From positions 1 through 62,758 of the IMG/VR virus record IMGVR_UViG_3300050033_000335: a stretch of DNA of 62,758 nt; one strand, 5' to 3'. Each line of letters starts with the position of its first letter. Position 1 is the stretch's first letter. Below, one piece after another: positions 18,668 through 29,321 of this stretch. The notes below the pieces were generated by a model, which worked only from the letters and a program-made list of their open reading frames with translations, was not told the origin of the DNA and made no database searches. The stretch comes from a virus (Duplodnaviria > Caudoviricetes). Both the position numbers and the translations under genes were made by a program.

Positions 18668-19263
18668 CCATTTGTAAAAAAACTGATTTTAACGAGTTAT
18701 ATGTAGTATTGTGCCATTTAATAACTAAAGTGACTGGCCGTAAATGCTGGCGTAAGATGGGAATGCAAGCAGCTCCACGCGGGCCTTATGCCACAATTTA
18801 TCTAAAAGAAGGACCTAGCGCAGCTCAAGATGTAATAGAAGAATTTCCAGTTCTTAGCCCGGCTACCGGAGGATTTACTATAGTCCAGGCGCCAAAAGGA
18901 CTTACCCATTTAGAATGCCAAGCTGAATTCTTTCGTAATGTAGCTGTTATGTCTGCTTTAGATGCAGCCATTAGATTTAGGCAATCATTACAAGTTGATG
19001 AAAGATTTTTCGATATTTGGAGAATAGCTGGACTTACAGGAGAGATCCAAACTGTAGACTTCTCGGCCATGTTTCGAGTTGATGTGGAAGGCCGAGCTGA
19101 GGTAAGGTTTTCAATGTATGCATGTATTGGCGCAACGCCCCTTACCTCAGATAACCAAATCTATGATATTAATGAACAAGGTATTTTAGTATTTAAAGAT
19201 GTACCAAGTCCTGAAGAAGATGCACTATATAAAGAAATATATCTTGATAACCCAGTAGAATAG
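18664..19263 (+). CDS. tail terminator/neck protein
   Basis: Directly upstream of sheath; PRGPYATI, EGRAEV motifs. Confidence 0.7.
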   Translation: MTICKKTDFNELYVVLCHLITKVTGRKCWRKMGMQAAPRGPYATIYLKEGPSAAQDVIEEFPVLSPATGGFTIVQAPKGLTHLECQAEFFRNVAVMSALDAAIRFRQSLQVDERFFDIWRIAGLTGEIQTVDFSAMFRVDVEGRAEVRFSMYACIGATPLTSDNQIYDINEQGILVFKDVPSPEEDALYKEIYLDNPVE

Positions 19264-19303
19264 GGAAAGAACCAATCCTGTATTCAGTGGAGGAATTATT
19301 TAA

Positions 19304-20830
19304 ATGAGTGGAACTTATGTAGTAACAAATCAATCACTTCCCCGAAGCCTGGATGTTCAGATCAGCCTTTCCAAACTTCAGGTTGAATCTCGAACTAATC
19401 TAAGCGTACTTTGTGTAGTAGGAAGCAGTTTAGGACTTCTTCCGGATGCAAATCGAATTAGATATTACATGACAGAAGCCGAAGTTGCTCAAGATTTTTC
19501 CTCTGGAGCCAATGTCTACCAAGCAGCTCAGGCTTTTTTCTCTCAAAGCCCTCGCCCTACCCAAATGGCTATTGCTGAGGCATTCTTTACTGCTCAACCG
19601 GCGTTCTTGGCTGGGGGCTTACTTACTACAGCTCAGATTGCAAGTCTCTCTGGTGTTAGTTCTGGGGGCCTTAACGTCGCATATAATCCAGGGCCGGGAG
19701 TTGTTACCCAGGATTTTACGGGTGTAAACCTCACAGGCGTAACAACCCTTTCTCAAATTGCAGCTGCCCTCCAGGACCATGCTGGAACAGGATTATCTGT
19801 AAATGTAATGACTCTAGCCGGAGGTACCCAGTATATTGCTATTTCCACAGTAGCTAATGGAAATGGTGTAACAATTGCTGCCCCTACATCGCCTAGCGGG
19901 GGTACAGATCTTACAACCATGCTTAATATGACTGTTAATACCGGCTTGAATATATATCAAGGATATACCCCCACAGGTATAGCCGGTGAACTGGATAATA
20001 TTGCAGCTGCCGCTAATAGTAATAAAACATTTGTATATGTTTGGGCACTTTCTGCCGAACTAAGGACACCCTCTACTTATCAAGAACCAGCTGCGGCTTG
20101 GGCGGCTGCTCAACCTGCAGCTATTTTGGGCTTAGTAACTAATGATGTGGGGGCCTATAATCCTAGTGACACTTCCGATCTTGCTAGTGCAATAGGGGCT
20201 CTTTCTAACCAGCGAGCATTCTGTCTGTATCACGACCAGGTTTCTCAATACCCCGAAATCTCGATCTTGGCTTATATGCTTTCAGTTAATTATCAACTCC
20301 AGGATTCTACCGTCACAGCTAAGTTTAAACAACTCCCAGGATGCAGTACTGTCCAGCTTACAGCTACTCAATGGGAAGTACTTCAAGGTAAAGGATATAA
20401 TACATATACGGCAGTTGGTAATTCCAGTATGACCTATCGGGAAGGCACCACCGAAAATACTTCATACTTCCTGGATGATATTATTAACCTTGATAACTTT
20501 ATTGAGGATCTTTCGGTTGGAATTTATAACGTCTTTCTTATGAACAAGAAAGTACCTTATACCTTTAAGGGCCAAATGATGTTAGTAGATGCAGCTATTA
20601 ATGTAGGTAATCAGTATATCTACAATGGCACATTTGCAGATCGGCTGATTCAAGACTCATCTGTTAAGAGTGGAGTATCTACTGTTCCTGGTGTTCAGGT
20701 ACTTCCTGCACCAATTCAGAATATGAGTGCAGCTCAAAGATCTACTCGAATTGGGCCGCCTATCAATATTATTGGGCAATTAGCTGGGGCAATACATTCT
20801 GTGGCTATCGCAGTTGAGGTAGTATCCTAA
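19304..20830 (+). CDS. tail sheath protein (DUF3383-like)
   Basis: YQAAQAFFSQSPRP, TAKFKQLPG, KVPYT..G, AGAIHSV. Confidence 0.92.
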   Translation: MSGTYVVTNQSLPRSLDVQISLSKLQVESRTNLSVLCVVGSSLGLLPDANRIRYYMTEAEVAQDFSSGANVYQAAQAFFSQSPRPTQMAIAEAFFTAQPAFLAGGLLTTAQIASLSGVSSGGLNVAYNPGPGVVTQDFTGVNLTGVTTLSQIAAALQDHAGTGLSVNVMTLAGGTQYIAISTVANGNGVTIAAPTSPSGGTDLTTMLNMTVNTGLNIYQGYTPTGIAGELDNIAAAANSNKTFVYVWALSAELRTPSTYQEPAAAWAAAQPAAILGLVTNDVGAYNPSDTSDLASAIGALSNQRAFCLYHDQVSQYPEISILAYMLSVNYQLQDSTVTAKFKQLPGCSTVQLTATQWEVLQGKGYNTYTAVGNSSMTYREGTTENTSYFLDDIINLDNFIEDLSVGIYNVFLMNKKVPYTFKGQMMLVDAAINVGNQYIYNGTFADRLIQDSSVKSGVSTVPGVQVLPAPIQNMSAAQRSTRIGPPINIIGQLAGAIHSVAIAVEVVS

Positions 20831-21027
20831 TGTGGAATTGGGGGTGGGGAACAGTGAAAGCCTGTCCGTATGTGCTTAAAGAAGTGTGCGATATACTTCA
20901 TAGAGAATTGGGCTGCCGTATGGATAAGCAGGACAAACTACTTTGGGCCTGTCTTAGCGTTGGCGCATCCTCATTTATAACATTAATTGGATTAATAATA
21001 TTATTAGTTAAGATGGTCATTCAGTAA
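20830..21027 (+). CDS. small protein with C-terminal transmembrane helix (holin-like)
   Basis: RMDKQDKLLW followed by a long hydrophobic stretch. Confidence 0.5.
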   Translation: MWNWGWGTVKACPYVLKEVCDILHRELGCRMDKQDKLLWACLSVGASSFITLIGLIILLVKMVIQ

Positions 21028-21039
21028 TAGGAGAAGAAA

Positions 21040-21492
21040 ATGCGCATAAATCTTTATCAGCAGAACCGCCATGTCTTGATTATAGATGGAGTTGCTGTTA
21101 TTGGTTTTAAAGAGGGCGACTGGATGCAGGTGAAGATAGAGGGAAATGCAGCTACTCGTACTAAAGGTGGCGACGGTCCATCCATGAACCTTAGTACACC
21201 ACAGGGCGGCCAGTTAACATTCGGTATTAATCCTACAAGTCCGGCTTTAGGAACGATGTATGCACTTCGAGCACAGCAACCTGCTAACCCCAGATTGTTC
21301 AGTGTCCAGCTTCTTACGGGAGTAAATGAGACAATCTCTGCTGCTGGATGCGGCTGGGGAGAACTTCCCCAATTTGCAACAGGCGGGGAAAAGCAACAGG
21401 GCCGTGACTTTCTGATTGAATGTACTACAATTACTCCTGATTATAGCGCCATTGAAGCACTAGATGGCGGCTTGATCAACGGTCTTATTTAA
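21040..21492 (+). CDS. tail tube protein
   Basis: 150 aa after sheath; IDGVAVIGF.EGD, KGGDG. Confidence 0.85.
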   Translation: MRINLYQQNRHVLIIDGVAVIGFKEGDWMQVKIEGNAATRTKGGDGPSMNLSTPQGGQLTFGINPTSPALGTMYALRAQQPANPRLFSVQLLTGVNETISAAGCGWGELPQFATGGEKQQGRDFLIECTTITPDYSAIEALDGGLINGLI

Positions 21493-21530
21493 TTTAATTT
21501 GCTACACAATTTAGAAGTAAAGGAGAAGTA

Positions 21531-22016
21531 ATGGAACGACGCGACTATACTATTAATGAACGGATGTATAGCATTCTTCTTCCTCCGCCTACTGAAGCTA
21601 TATTCCTCTGTACGAGGGCTGCGGTTCTTGTAGGCGCTTTTGCTGGACTCTTCGCCGATATGAAAACTCTAGGTGATCCAGATGCGCCTAGATCGGAAAA
21701 AATAGCTAAAGCTCTCGGAAAGTTGACCGAAATTCTAAAGCAAGTAGATCCAGTTGCTTCTAATCAACTTATGACAGATGCAGTCTATGCTGCTCATCTT
21801 ACATTCGGAAACAAACCAATAAGCGAAAAAATAGACTTTGATCGCCACTTCGACCCCAAAGAAATGCGGAAGGATGTATATCCGGTAATGCTTTGGTGTC
21901 TATGGGAGTGCGTAGGTGATTTTTTTCCCGAGCTGGGAGCCTTCACCCAGGGAATCAAAGTGATGGCGGCGGAGGGGTTAAAATCCCAGAAGGATGGGGA
22001 GCAGACTACTGGCTAG
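21531..22016 (+). CDS. tail assembly chaperone (short form)
   Basis: Between tube and tape measure; GDFF on slippery T7 run. Confidence 0.8.
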   Translation: MERRDYTINERMYSILLPPPTEAIFLCTRAAVLVGAFAGLFADMKTLGDPDAPRSEKIAKALGKLTEILKQVDPVASNQLMTDAVYAAHLTFGNKPISEKIDFDRHFDPKEMRKDVYPVMLWCLWECVGDFFPELGAFTQGIKVMAAEGLKSQKDGEQTTG

Positions 22017-22147
22017 GGCGGCCTGTATGGGAGAAAATGTGTACATGGCCAGATCTTAAGAAAATGACTATGAATGATTTGATGGATATGCATCGCAGTA
22101 TGAATTTAAAAGTTTATTTATACCCAGGAATATTACCGGATGAGTGA
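21920..22147 (+). CDS. tail assembly chaperone -1 frameshift extension
   Basis: T TTT TTT at 21920-21926; -1 frame open to TGA 22145-22147 encoding DYWLGRPVWEKMCTWPDLKKMTMNDLMDMH. Confidence 0.8.
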   Translation, partial: FFSRAGSLHPGNQSDGGGGVKIPEGWGADYWLGRPVWEKMCTWPDLKKMTMNDLMDMHRSMNLKVYLYPGILPDE

Positions 22148-23843
22148 AAGAGTAATAGACGAACTAACAGTAATGCTGGGGTTTGAGGTAGGCCCTAAAG
22201 GCCATGCTGGAATCATCAAGATTCAGGATTCTATCCGAAATCTTGAGAAATATGCCAGTATAGCTGCATCTGTATTTATAAGTGCTGCTGGTTCATTTGC
22301 TTATTTTGCTGAAAGATCTGCTAAATCTGGAGCAGGAATTGAGCGATTCTCTCGGCTAACCGGAATGTCCACTGAAGCTGTACAAGGATGGGCTTACGCT
22401 TCTCAGATAATTTCAGGGCATAAGGAAACTATGCTTCAGGATGCAGCTATGCTCACTGAGTCAATTCGACCAATGACTAATGGACAATTTAACACAGGTT
22501 TATATGCAGCACTTGGCCCAAATGTGTATGGAATTCAAAATGTTGATCAACTGCTTCACGAACTGAATCATTTTTTATCCAAGATGACTCCCGAACAAGC
22601 TTTTCATTGGGGGGATATTCTTGGTATTAGTCATGAAACTGTTCTTACACTTCAGCAAGATCCTGCAAAGATTGAATCACTTTTGAAACGAGCTAAGGCT
22701 CAGATGTTAACTCCAGCCGAAACTCAGGCATCTTTGAAGTTTGCTCAAATGTGGGATGAATTAATACTAGGAATAGATCGATTTGCCCAACATATAGTAA
22801 TAAATTTAATGCCTTTGATTAGTAGTGTAATTACTAGAATAGAGAATTGGACAAATACCCATAACATAATAAATGGTATAGAACTGGGTATTAATGGAAT
22901 TACAAATGGAGTAAATCAATTCTTTGCTAATTTAAGTGAATTAAAAACTAATTTTCCTTCAATGAAGGCAGCTATTGACAGTATGATGAATCCCAGAATG
23001 CTAACTATCGTTACCTCTACAGCACTTGCCGGGATTTCTCTAATACTAGGAATTTTAGCCGGGAAATATCTTATTTTAGGTGCATTAGTTTTAGGAATAT
23101 TAGCAGCAGGCGAAGATCTTACAGCTTTTTTACTCCAGGAAAATGAAGATACCCTTACTCGTAGAATGTTAGTATGGCTTAAAGACCATGCTCATTTATT
23201 TAAACCGGGTAGAGGGCCAAAAGATCTATCTCAAGTCCAACAAAAATCTTTATTATTAATGGGCAGTAAGGCCGCTAAGGATCAAATTGTTAAAAGTTGG
23301 GGAACTGATCTAGCCAAGGCTTCTACTATACAATCAACTAAGGAATATGATCAAAATGTTGAGATGTATATTCATAATGCCGAAAAGCCAGAAGCAGTAG
23401 CAAAAGAGATTTCAACAAGATTAAAAATTAAACATTCACATTATACTGATCTGCCTAAAGAACGAATTGAAGAACTTATTCAGAAATATTCTAAAAAATA
23501 TGGAGTAAGTGCAAATCTTATTCGTTCTGTAATGAAAGCAGAAAGTGGATTTAAAAGTAACGCCATATCATCTGCAGGTGCTCAAGGTCTTATGCAGTTA
23601 ATGCCAAAAACAGCCAGAGGACTTGGTGTAATAGATTCATTTGATCCTGAACAAAATATTATGGGTGGTACTAGATATTTAGCATGGTTGATTAAACATT
23701 ATCATGGTGATGTAAATAAAGCAATTGCAGCTTACAACTGGGGAGAAGGCAGAGTAGATCGTAATGGTTTATTCAACCTTCCAGCAGAAACTCGGGCCTA
23801 TTTAAAGCATGTCAACCAGTATCGTACGGAGATGGGAGGATAA
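22140..23843 (+). CDS. tape measure protein 1 with C-terminal lytic transglycosylase (SLT)
   Basis: IDELTVMLGF N-terminus; AESGF, GAQGLMQLMP, AAYNWGEG, ETRAY. Confidence 0.88.
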   Translation: MSERVIDELTVMLGFEVGPKGHAGIIKIQDSIRNLEKYASIAASVFISAAGSFAYFAERSAKSGAGIERFSRLTGMSTEAVQGWAYASQIISGHKETMLQDAAMLTESIRPMTNGQFNTGLYAALGPNVYGIQNVDQLLHELNHFLSKMTPEQAFHWGDILGISHETVLTLQQDPAKIESLLKRAKAQMLTPAETQASLKFAQMWDELILGIDRFAQHIVINLMPLISSVITRIENWTNTHNIINGIELGINGITNGVNQFFANLSELKTNFPSMKAAIDSMMNPRMLTIVTSTALAGISLILGILAGKYLILGALVLGILAAGEDLTAFLLQENEDTLTRRMLVWLKDHAHLFKPGRGPKDLSQVQQKSLLLMGSKAAKDQIVKSWGTDLAKASTIQSTKEYDQNVEMYIHNAEKPEAVAKEISTRLKIKHSHYTDLPKERIEELIQKYSKKYGVSANLIRSVMKAESGFKSNAISSAGAQGLMQLMPKTARGLGVIDSFDPEQNIMGGTRYLAWLIKHYHGDVNKAIAAYNWGEGRVDRNGLFNLPAETRAYLKHVNQYRTEMGG

Positions 23844-25232
23844 ATGTCCACAGCGATAGTAGATGAACTGGTGACATTGCTTGGATTCAGGGTTGATCCA
23901 ACAGCTCATCCTACTTTAACAAAATTTAATGAAGCTATGGGAAGTATTACTAAGCTAGCTAGTATGGCAGCAGTTAGTGTTACTGCAGCTGCAACTTCAC
24001 TCTTATACTTTGCCGAAAAATCAGCTATGGCTGGGGCAGAGATAGAAAGATTCCATGAATTAACTGGAATGTCAACAGATAGTATTCAACAATGGGGGTA
24101 TGCTGCTCAACAAGTATCTGGAAACAAAGAATCAATTCTTCAAGACATTCAGAAGATGACTATTTCTTTAAACCCAATTCTTCCGTCTCAGTTCAATCAA
24201 GGTCTTTTTCTGTTACTTAGAACTAAGTTGAAAGAGATGAAGAGCGTTAATCAACTCTTTACTGAGTTATCTAAGATATTTTCTCATATGGCCCCGGAAA
24301 AAGCCATGCAGTGGGGAAATATGATCGGGATTAGTCCAGAAACGGTTTTGCTTTTAAGAACCGGCAAACTGGATCAATTGTTTGATCGTGCTAAAAAGTT
24401 TAACCTTAGCCCAGGTGAGGCTAAAGAATCTTTAAAATTTGCTCAAATGTGGAAAGATCTTACTTATGGAATTGAGAGATTCAGCGAAAAGGTAGCTGTT
24501 AAATTATTTCCAGTTCTAGAAAAAGTTATTGGAGAGTTTGAACAATGGTACTTTTTTAATGAAAAATTAATTAGTAGTGATATTCCACGATTCATAGATG
24601 GAATATCTCAGGGTGTAGAAAGATTTATCAAGGGGTTGGACCGGATTAAAGAGATTAGCCCTTTTGTTAAAGGGTTATTTGATTTAATTCTTGACCCTAG
24701 AATAATAGGGGGGGCAGTAGCTACAGCTCTAACTGGAATAGCAATTGCATTGGGTATTATTGCAGCCAAGTATGTCTTGATAGGCGGTGTAATCTTAGCA
24801 GCTATTGGCGCATTAGATGCATTTAATGATCCTGAATCATGGGTAAATAGAAAAAGATGGGAAGAATATTCAAGCCGTCCAGATCTAATAAAAAAGTATA
24901 CACCTAAATGGGCTACGCCTGATCCGCCTCCCCATCCAAATGCGGCTATGCCTCAAGGCCCGCTTGATTCTCTACGGGCCATATTGAATGGTGCTAATAA
25001 CATTAATACTGCTGAACCTACATCTTCACAGCCAATGGCTAGAAGAAGTAGCGCAGAATCTGATACTAGAAGTACGGGTAGTACTTCGGTACAACACAAT
25101 CAGAATGTAACTATTCATATTGATGCTGGTGGTCAAACAACTTATGCAGTATCAGATGAAGCTATCAGAAAATTAGATTCAATCCCTAGAACTGATTTTA
25201 GAACTATGAGTCCAGTAGCTCCGGTGAACTAA
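23844..25232 (+). CDS. tape measure protein 2 (paralog, no SLT)
   Basis: VDELVTLLGF N-terminus; colinear similarity to 22140-23843. Confidence 0.85.
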   Translation: MSTAIVDELVTLLGFRVDPTAHPTLTKFNEAMGSITKLASMAAVSVTAAATSLLYFAEKSAMAGAEIERFHELTGMSTDSIQQWGYAAQQVSGNKESILQDIQKMTISLNPILPSQFNQGLFLLLRTKLKEMKSVNQLFTELSKIFSHMAPEKAMQWGNMIGISPETVLLLRTGKLDQLFDRAKKFNLSPGEAKESLKFAQMWKDLTYGIERFSEKVAVKLFPVLEKVIGEFEQWYFFNEKLISSDIPRFIDGISQGVERFIKGLDRIKEISPFVKGLFDLILDPRIIGGAVATALTGIAIALGIIAAKYVLIGGVILAAIGALDAFNDPESWVNRKRWEEYSSRPDLIKKYTPKWATPDPPPHPNAAMPQGPLDSLRAILNGANNINTAEPTSSQPMARRSSAESDTRSTGSTSVQHNQNVTIHIDAGGQTTYAVSDEAIRKLDSIPRTDFRTMSPVAPVN

Positions 25233-26005
25233 TGAGTAATAGTAGTTTAACATTAATACCGAATGATGTAATTGGATCTATCATATCGGCTACTCTTCAG
25301 GCCGGGGCTTATAAACAAGCTACTCAGCCAATGTCTGGAAGCAATGACTATATTCCTACTGTATATTGGCTTAATACCATACCTTTCACTGCTATTACCC
25401 AAGAGATTTACCAGTTAACTGCAGAAGTGACTCAACATGCAGTAGAGTCAGGTGTTATTTTTTCTGATCACATGATCCTTCAGCCGTTAAGAATCGAGAT
25501 GGAATTTGAGGTAAGTAATTGTGATGGGCTAGGGTCTCAGGCTCAACTAGCAAAGACCTCTCTGACGAATGCAATTACACTTGGGATGAACCGGAACATG
25601 TTTACCCTTACTACCACCCATACCCAGTTAAAGAATATGGTGTGCCTTAATGTTAGAGCTATAAATGAAGCACCTAACTGGGGAAAAATAGGTTTTCGCG
25701 CTACCTTTCAACAGGTAAATTTGGTAACATTGTCAACTACAACATCATATCCTACTGGACAGATAAAGGGAGCAATAGGGGCGAATACAGCACCCATGGC
25801 AAGTAGTAATCCAGGCGGTCCTGTAACTCCTTATTCTGCTATGGATTCGGCTCAATCTGTACAAAATTCTCCCCAGCCGGTAACTTCTACAGCTCCGGTC
25901 TTTGCTCCTCAGCCAAATTCTCCGTCTTCTTCTGCGCCCCAAGTTAATCATTTGGGTACAGGTTCGTGGTTTGGTGTTGTTAATACTACAGGGGCAAGCC
26001 GATGA
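25232..26005 (+). CDS. baseplate/tail tube initiator (Dit-like)
   Basis: EVTQHAVESG..SDH..QP motif. Confidence 0.85.
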   Translation: MSNSSLTLIPNDVIGSIISATLQAGAYKQATQPMSGSNDYIPTVYWLNTIPFTAITQEIYQLTAEVTQHAVESGVIFSDHMILQPLRIEMEFEVSNCDGLGSQAQLAKTSLTNAITLGMNRNMFTLTTTHTQLKNMVCLNVRAINEAPNWGKIGFRATFQQVNLVTLSTTTSYPTGQIKGAIGANTAPMASSNPGGPVTPYSAMDSAQSVQNSPQPVTSTAPVFAPQPNSPSSSAPQVNHLGTGSWFGVVNTTGASR

Positions 26006-26334
26006 ATTATTTTATTCTTCCACTTGTTCCTTCTGGAGAGGGCCATTTTAAGTTTGATTTAGGCAATACCTCAGTTGAGTTAGTAATTCGGTTTAACTAT
26101 ACAATTAAAGCATGGAGTCTTGATATTTTAGACTCTAACAGTAATCTTTTAATTGCAGGTTTACTTATGTTTCCGGGTTTTGACCTTTTAACATGGTACT
26201 CAGATATGCAAGTATTAGTTGGAGGTTTACTAGTGGTAGAACAAACCCCCGGAAACTATCAGTTGCCAGAGCAATTGGGATCTACTGTTCAGTTATTGTG
26301 GTTCCCAGTTGGGACTCCGGTAGTATTCCCATGA
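26002..26334 (+). CDS. small baseplate protein
   Basis: RFNY...WSLDI motif; synteny. Confidence 0.75.
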   Translation: MNYFILPLVPSGEGHFKFDLGNTSVELVIRFNYTIKAWSLDILDSNSNLLIAGLLMFPGFDLLTWYSDMQVLVGGLLVVEQTPGNYQLPEQLGSTVQLLWFPVGTPVVFP

Positions 26335-27257
26335 CTCAGCCTTGGATTAGAAATATTGAAGTAACAGTTGATCCGGTTCCTGAATGGAGATCTTCGATTA
26401 ACAATGCAGGGCCATCTCTTCCTAAAGTAATAGTATTCACAGGAGATGGATCTAATAGTCAATTACGTATTCGATTTAAAATTAACAAACATGCAGGAGG
26501 GATTCAAACTCCAGGATCTATTGAGATTTTTAATTTAAACCCGAGCTTACGATCAGCTCTTCAAAGTCAGGGAATTTCAATAATAGTAAAAGCTGGATGG
26601 GGCAATATTCCTCTTGCCAAAATTTTTAGTGGCGAGGTAATGGCAGCATGGAGTAGACGGGAAAATGCAAATATTATTACTACATTAGTGTGTCTTAGTG
26701 GATTAGGTACCGCGCAACAGACTATTGCTGCTAATCTTTCAATTGCTCCTAATGGACCTTTAGCCGCAGGTATAATTGCAGCTGCTAATCAATTTGAAGG
26801 AATTACTGTAGACCCTAAAAATGTAACAGTAACCGGAAATGTTGGGAGTCGAGGATATAAATTTTCTGGATTAGTATCTGATTGTTTATTTGATCTTGCT
26901 AGAATTTACGGATTTCATTGGACAATAATCGATGGCTCATTTAAAGCTGTCCCGGATCGAACACCATTATTAGGAAATACCATAGATATAAATTCAGCAG
27001 ATGGCTTCTTATTAAGAGCAGAGCCTATGCTTTTCTCAGAATTTCAAATACAAAGTGGAATTGTTATTCATACTTTACTTAATCCATATATTCAGTGTGA
27101 TGGCGTAATAAATCTTACAACAGCCATAAACCCGGCATTAAATGGGTCATATTTAATATGGAGTTTAACCCATACAGGTGATACTCATTCTTCCCAATGG
27201 GAAACTATTACAGAGACAACTTTAGTTAATAACAGCCAAGGTGCAGGGTTCGCTTAA
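26331..27257 (+). CDS. baseplate hub protein
   Basis: LRIRFKI, IEIFNL, KAGW, IFSG, LLNP, HTGDTH..W. Confidence 0.85.
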   Translation: MTQPWIRNIEVTVDPVPEWRSSINNAGPSLPKVIVFTGDGSNSQLRIRFKINKHAGGIQTPGSIEIFNLNPSLRSALQSQGISIIVKAGWGNIPLAKIFSGEVMAAWSRRENANIITTLVCLSGLGTAQQTIAANLSIAPNGPLAAGIIAAANQFEGITVDPKNVTVTGNVGSRGYKFSGLVSDCLFDLARIYGFHWTIIDGSFKAVPDRTPLLGNTIDINSADGFLLRAEPMLFSEFQIQSGIVIHTLLNPYIQCDGVINLTTAINPALNGSYLIWSLTHTGDTHSSQWETITETTLVNNSQGAGFA

Positions 27258-27919
27258 TGGATACTAGTTGTGGAAATTCAATAATGCAGAATTATGAACT
27301 ATTTGATCGGATGATGAAACGGGTAAACACCTGCATTCCAGGTCAAATAGTCTCATTTAATCCTGGACCGCCCGCCACGTGCTCAGTTATTCCTGCAATT
27401 AAGATGAGAACCTTTGTGGGCGGAGTATCTCAAGATGTTCAACTCCCTACCTTAGATTTGGTTCCAGTAATGTTTATGTATTCCGTGGGCGCAGGATTGG
27501 CTATGACATTTCCTGTCAATACTGGCGATCCGTGCATGATTTACTTTAGTCAGCGAAGTATTGATAATTGGTGGACTAATGGCGGTATTCAATCCCCAGA
27601 TACGGGGGGCATTGGAGCCAGACACCACGATATTAATGATGCTTTTGTTCAGATGATGTTATCTCCGGCGCCAGCTGGATTACAAGGTTGGAATAACTCA
27701 GCCTTCGAGATCCGTAACCTAGATAGAACAGTACGGATAACTCTTACCGTAGAAGGAACTGAAATAAACGGGCCTGTTAATTTTCTCTCACCTGTTACAT
27801 TTCAAGCCCCTGTCACATTAAACTCAACTTTTACCGATTCAAACGGGATAGAACATACTGAACATATTCATGGAGGGGTTAAGGCAGGTAGTGATAACAC
27901 TGGAGCACCTGAGTTATGA
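27257..27919 (+). CDS. baseplate spike (Gp138-like)
   Basis: NTCIPGQIVSF, GDPC..FSQRSIDNW, RHHDINDA, C-terminal HIHGGV. Confidence 0.9.
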   Translation: MDTSCGNSIMQNYELFDRMMKRVNTCIPGQIVSFNPGPPATCSVIPAIKMRTFVGGVSQDVQLPTLDLVPVMFMYSVGAGLAMTFPVNTGDPCMIYFSQRSIDNWWTNGGIQSPDTGGIGARHHDINDAFVQMMLSPAPAGLQGWNNSAFEIRNLDRTVRITLTVEGTEINGPVNFLSPVTFQAPVTLNSTFTDSNGIEHTEHIHGGVKAGSDNTGAPEL

Positions 27920-28386
27920 CAATGACTTTAGCTTTAGATCCTACAACTAATGATGTAAGTATAAATTCTAATAGCTCTATTAATTACATAAATGGGTCAG
28001 GAGAAGTTGGCCAGCGTATACTAGTTACCCTTAATCATTTTTATGGAGAGTATTTTTTGGCCCTTTTAGATGGAGTACCTTGGTATGAATTGATTTTGGG
28101 AGGGAAGGACATTAAACTAACAGAATCTATTCTTCGACAGGCTGTACTTAATGTGCCTGGAGTTCTAGGAGTTTTAAAGTTTAGTACAGGTTTTGCTAAA
28201 AGAAATTTAAGCATAGCTATGTTGGTTAGTGTAGAAGGAACATCAGAACCAATTCCAGTATTTTATGGTAGTCAATTTACTATTCTTGATGCTGGCCCAA
28301 TGGATGGACCACTTCTTTCAACAACAGTAGATGGCGGATTACTTTCAAATAATTCTTCGCAGAGGGGCGATGGAGGAACATTCTAA
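27916..28386 (+). CDS. baseplate wedge/sheath initiator
   Basis: GEYFL..DGVPW, VPGV. Confidence 0.8.
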   Translation: MTMTLALDPTTNDVSINSNSSINYINGSGEVGQRILVTLNHFYGEYFLALLDGVPWYELILGGKDIKLTESILRQAVLNVPGVLGVLKFSTGFAKRNLSIAMLVSVEGTSEPIPVFYGSQFTILDAGPMDGPLLSTTVDGGLLSNNSSQRGDGGTF

Positions 28387-29321
28387 TGAGTGGTAGTTTT
28401 GGAATAAGCCCACAAGGATTTGTTTTAAAACGTCTTAATGATATTCTTTCAGATATGAAAGCAGCTATGTCTCTAGTTCAAGATCCAGTCACTTTAGAAA
28501 CTTTAAATATCCAAGATGAAAATGATCCGCTCATACAACTTATGAATGCTACAGCAGATCAACTTTCAGTTGCATGGGAACAATTGCAATATTGTTATAA
28601 TTCTTTTATTCCATCTCAGGCTAGCGGTAATGCTCTTTCGGGACTAGTCCAATTGAATGGTCTCTTACGCGGGTTAGGTGAAGTTGATACAGCCCTTCAA
28701 TTAAGGCAACAACTCCAGACAATGGAGACAGCTGCTGTACAAATAGGCGCAATTCAGGCTTCAGTTGCTGCTATTGAGGGAGTTCAATTCTGCCGAGCCT
28801 ATCAAAATTCAACAATATCTAATCCAGATAACCGAAGTATTCCAGCGAAGACTTTGGCTATAGTAGTGGTGGGGGGAGATGATCTTGCTATTGCCAATGC
28901 CATCTTCTTAAAGGCCGGTTGCGATGTAGGTTATATGGGGAATGTATCAAAGACTTGTACTGATAACCAGGGGATTCCCTATATTATTTCTTTTATCCGG
29001 CCAACTCAAGTTCCTATCTCAATTGTAGTTAATATTACAGTAACAGATACTAGTCAATGGCCATCAACAGGGGTAACAGATATTGAAAATGCTATAGTTA
29101 ATTTTGCCCAGTATACAGAACAAGCTAATATTGGATTACCTCCTGGAACTTCTGTAGTTCCTAGTAGATTGTATAGTCCAATAAATACAGTGGGCGGGCA
29201 TGAAATATTATCAGTACAAGCGTCAAGAGATCAAGCTGCTTTTTCTCCGTATATTACTCCAATAGCGTGGAATGAAGTGGCTCAAATTACTACCGGGAAT
29301 ATCACGGTAAATCTTCAATGA
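28386..29321 (+). CDS. baseplate J/gp47-like protein
   Basis: FGISPQGF, ASGNAL, VVVGGDD.AIA.AI, ISFIRP. Confidence 0.85.
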   Translation: MSGSFGISPQGFVLKRLNDILSDMKAAMSLVQDPVTLETLNIQDENDPLIQLMNATADQLSVAWEQLQYCYNSFIPSQASGNALSGLVQLNGLLRGLGEVDTALQLRQQLQTMETAAVQIGAIQASVAAIEGVQFCRAYQNSTISNPDNRSIPAKTLAIVVVGGDDLAIANAIFLKAGCDVGYMGNVSKTCTDNQGIPYIISFIRPTQVPISIVVNITVTDTSQWPSTGVTDIENAIVNFAQYTEQANIGLPPGTSVVPSRLYSPINTVGGHEILSVQASRDQAAFSPYITPIAWNEVAQITTGNITVNLQ

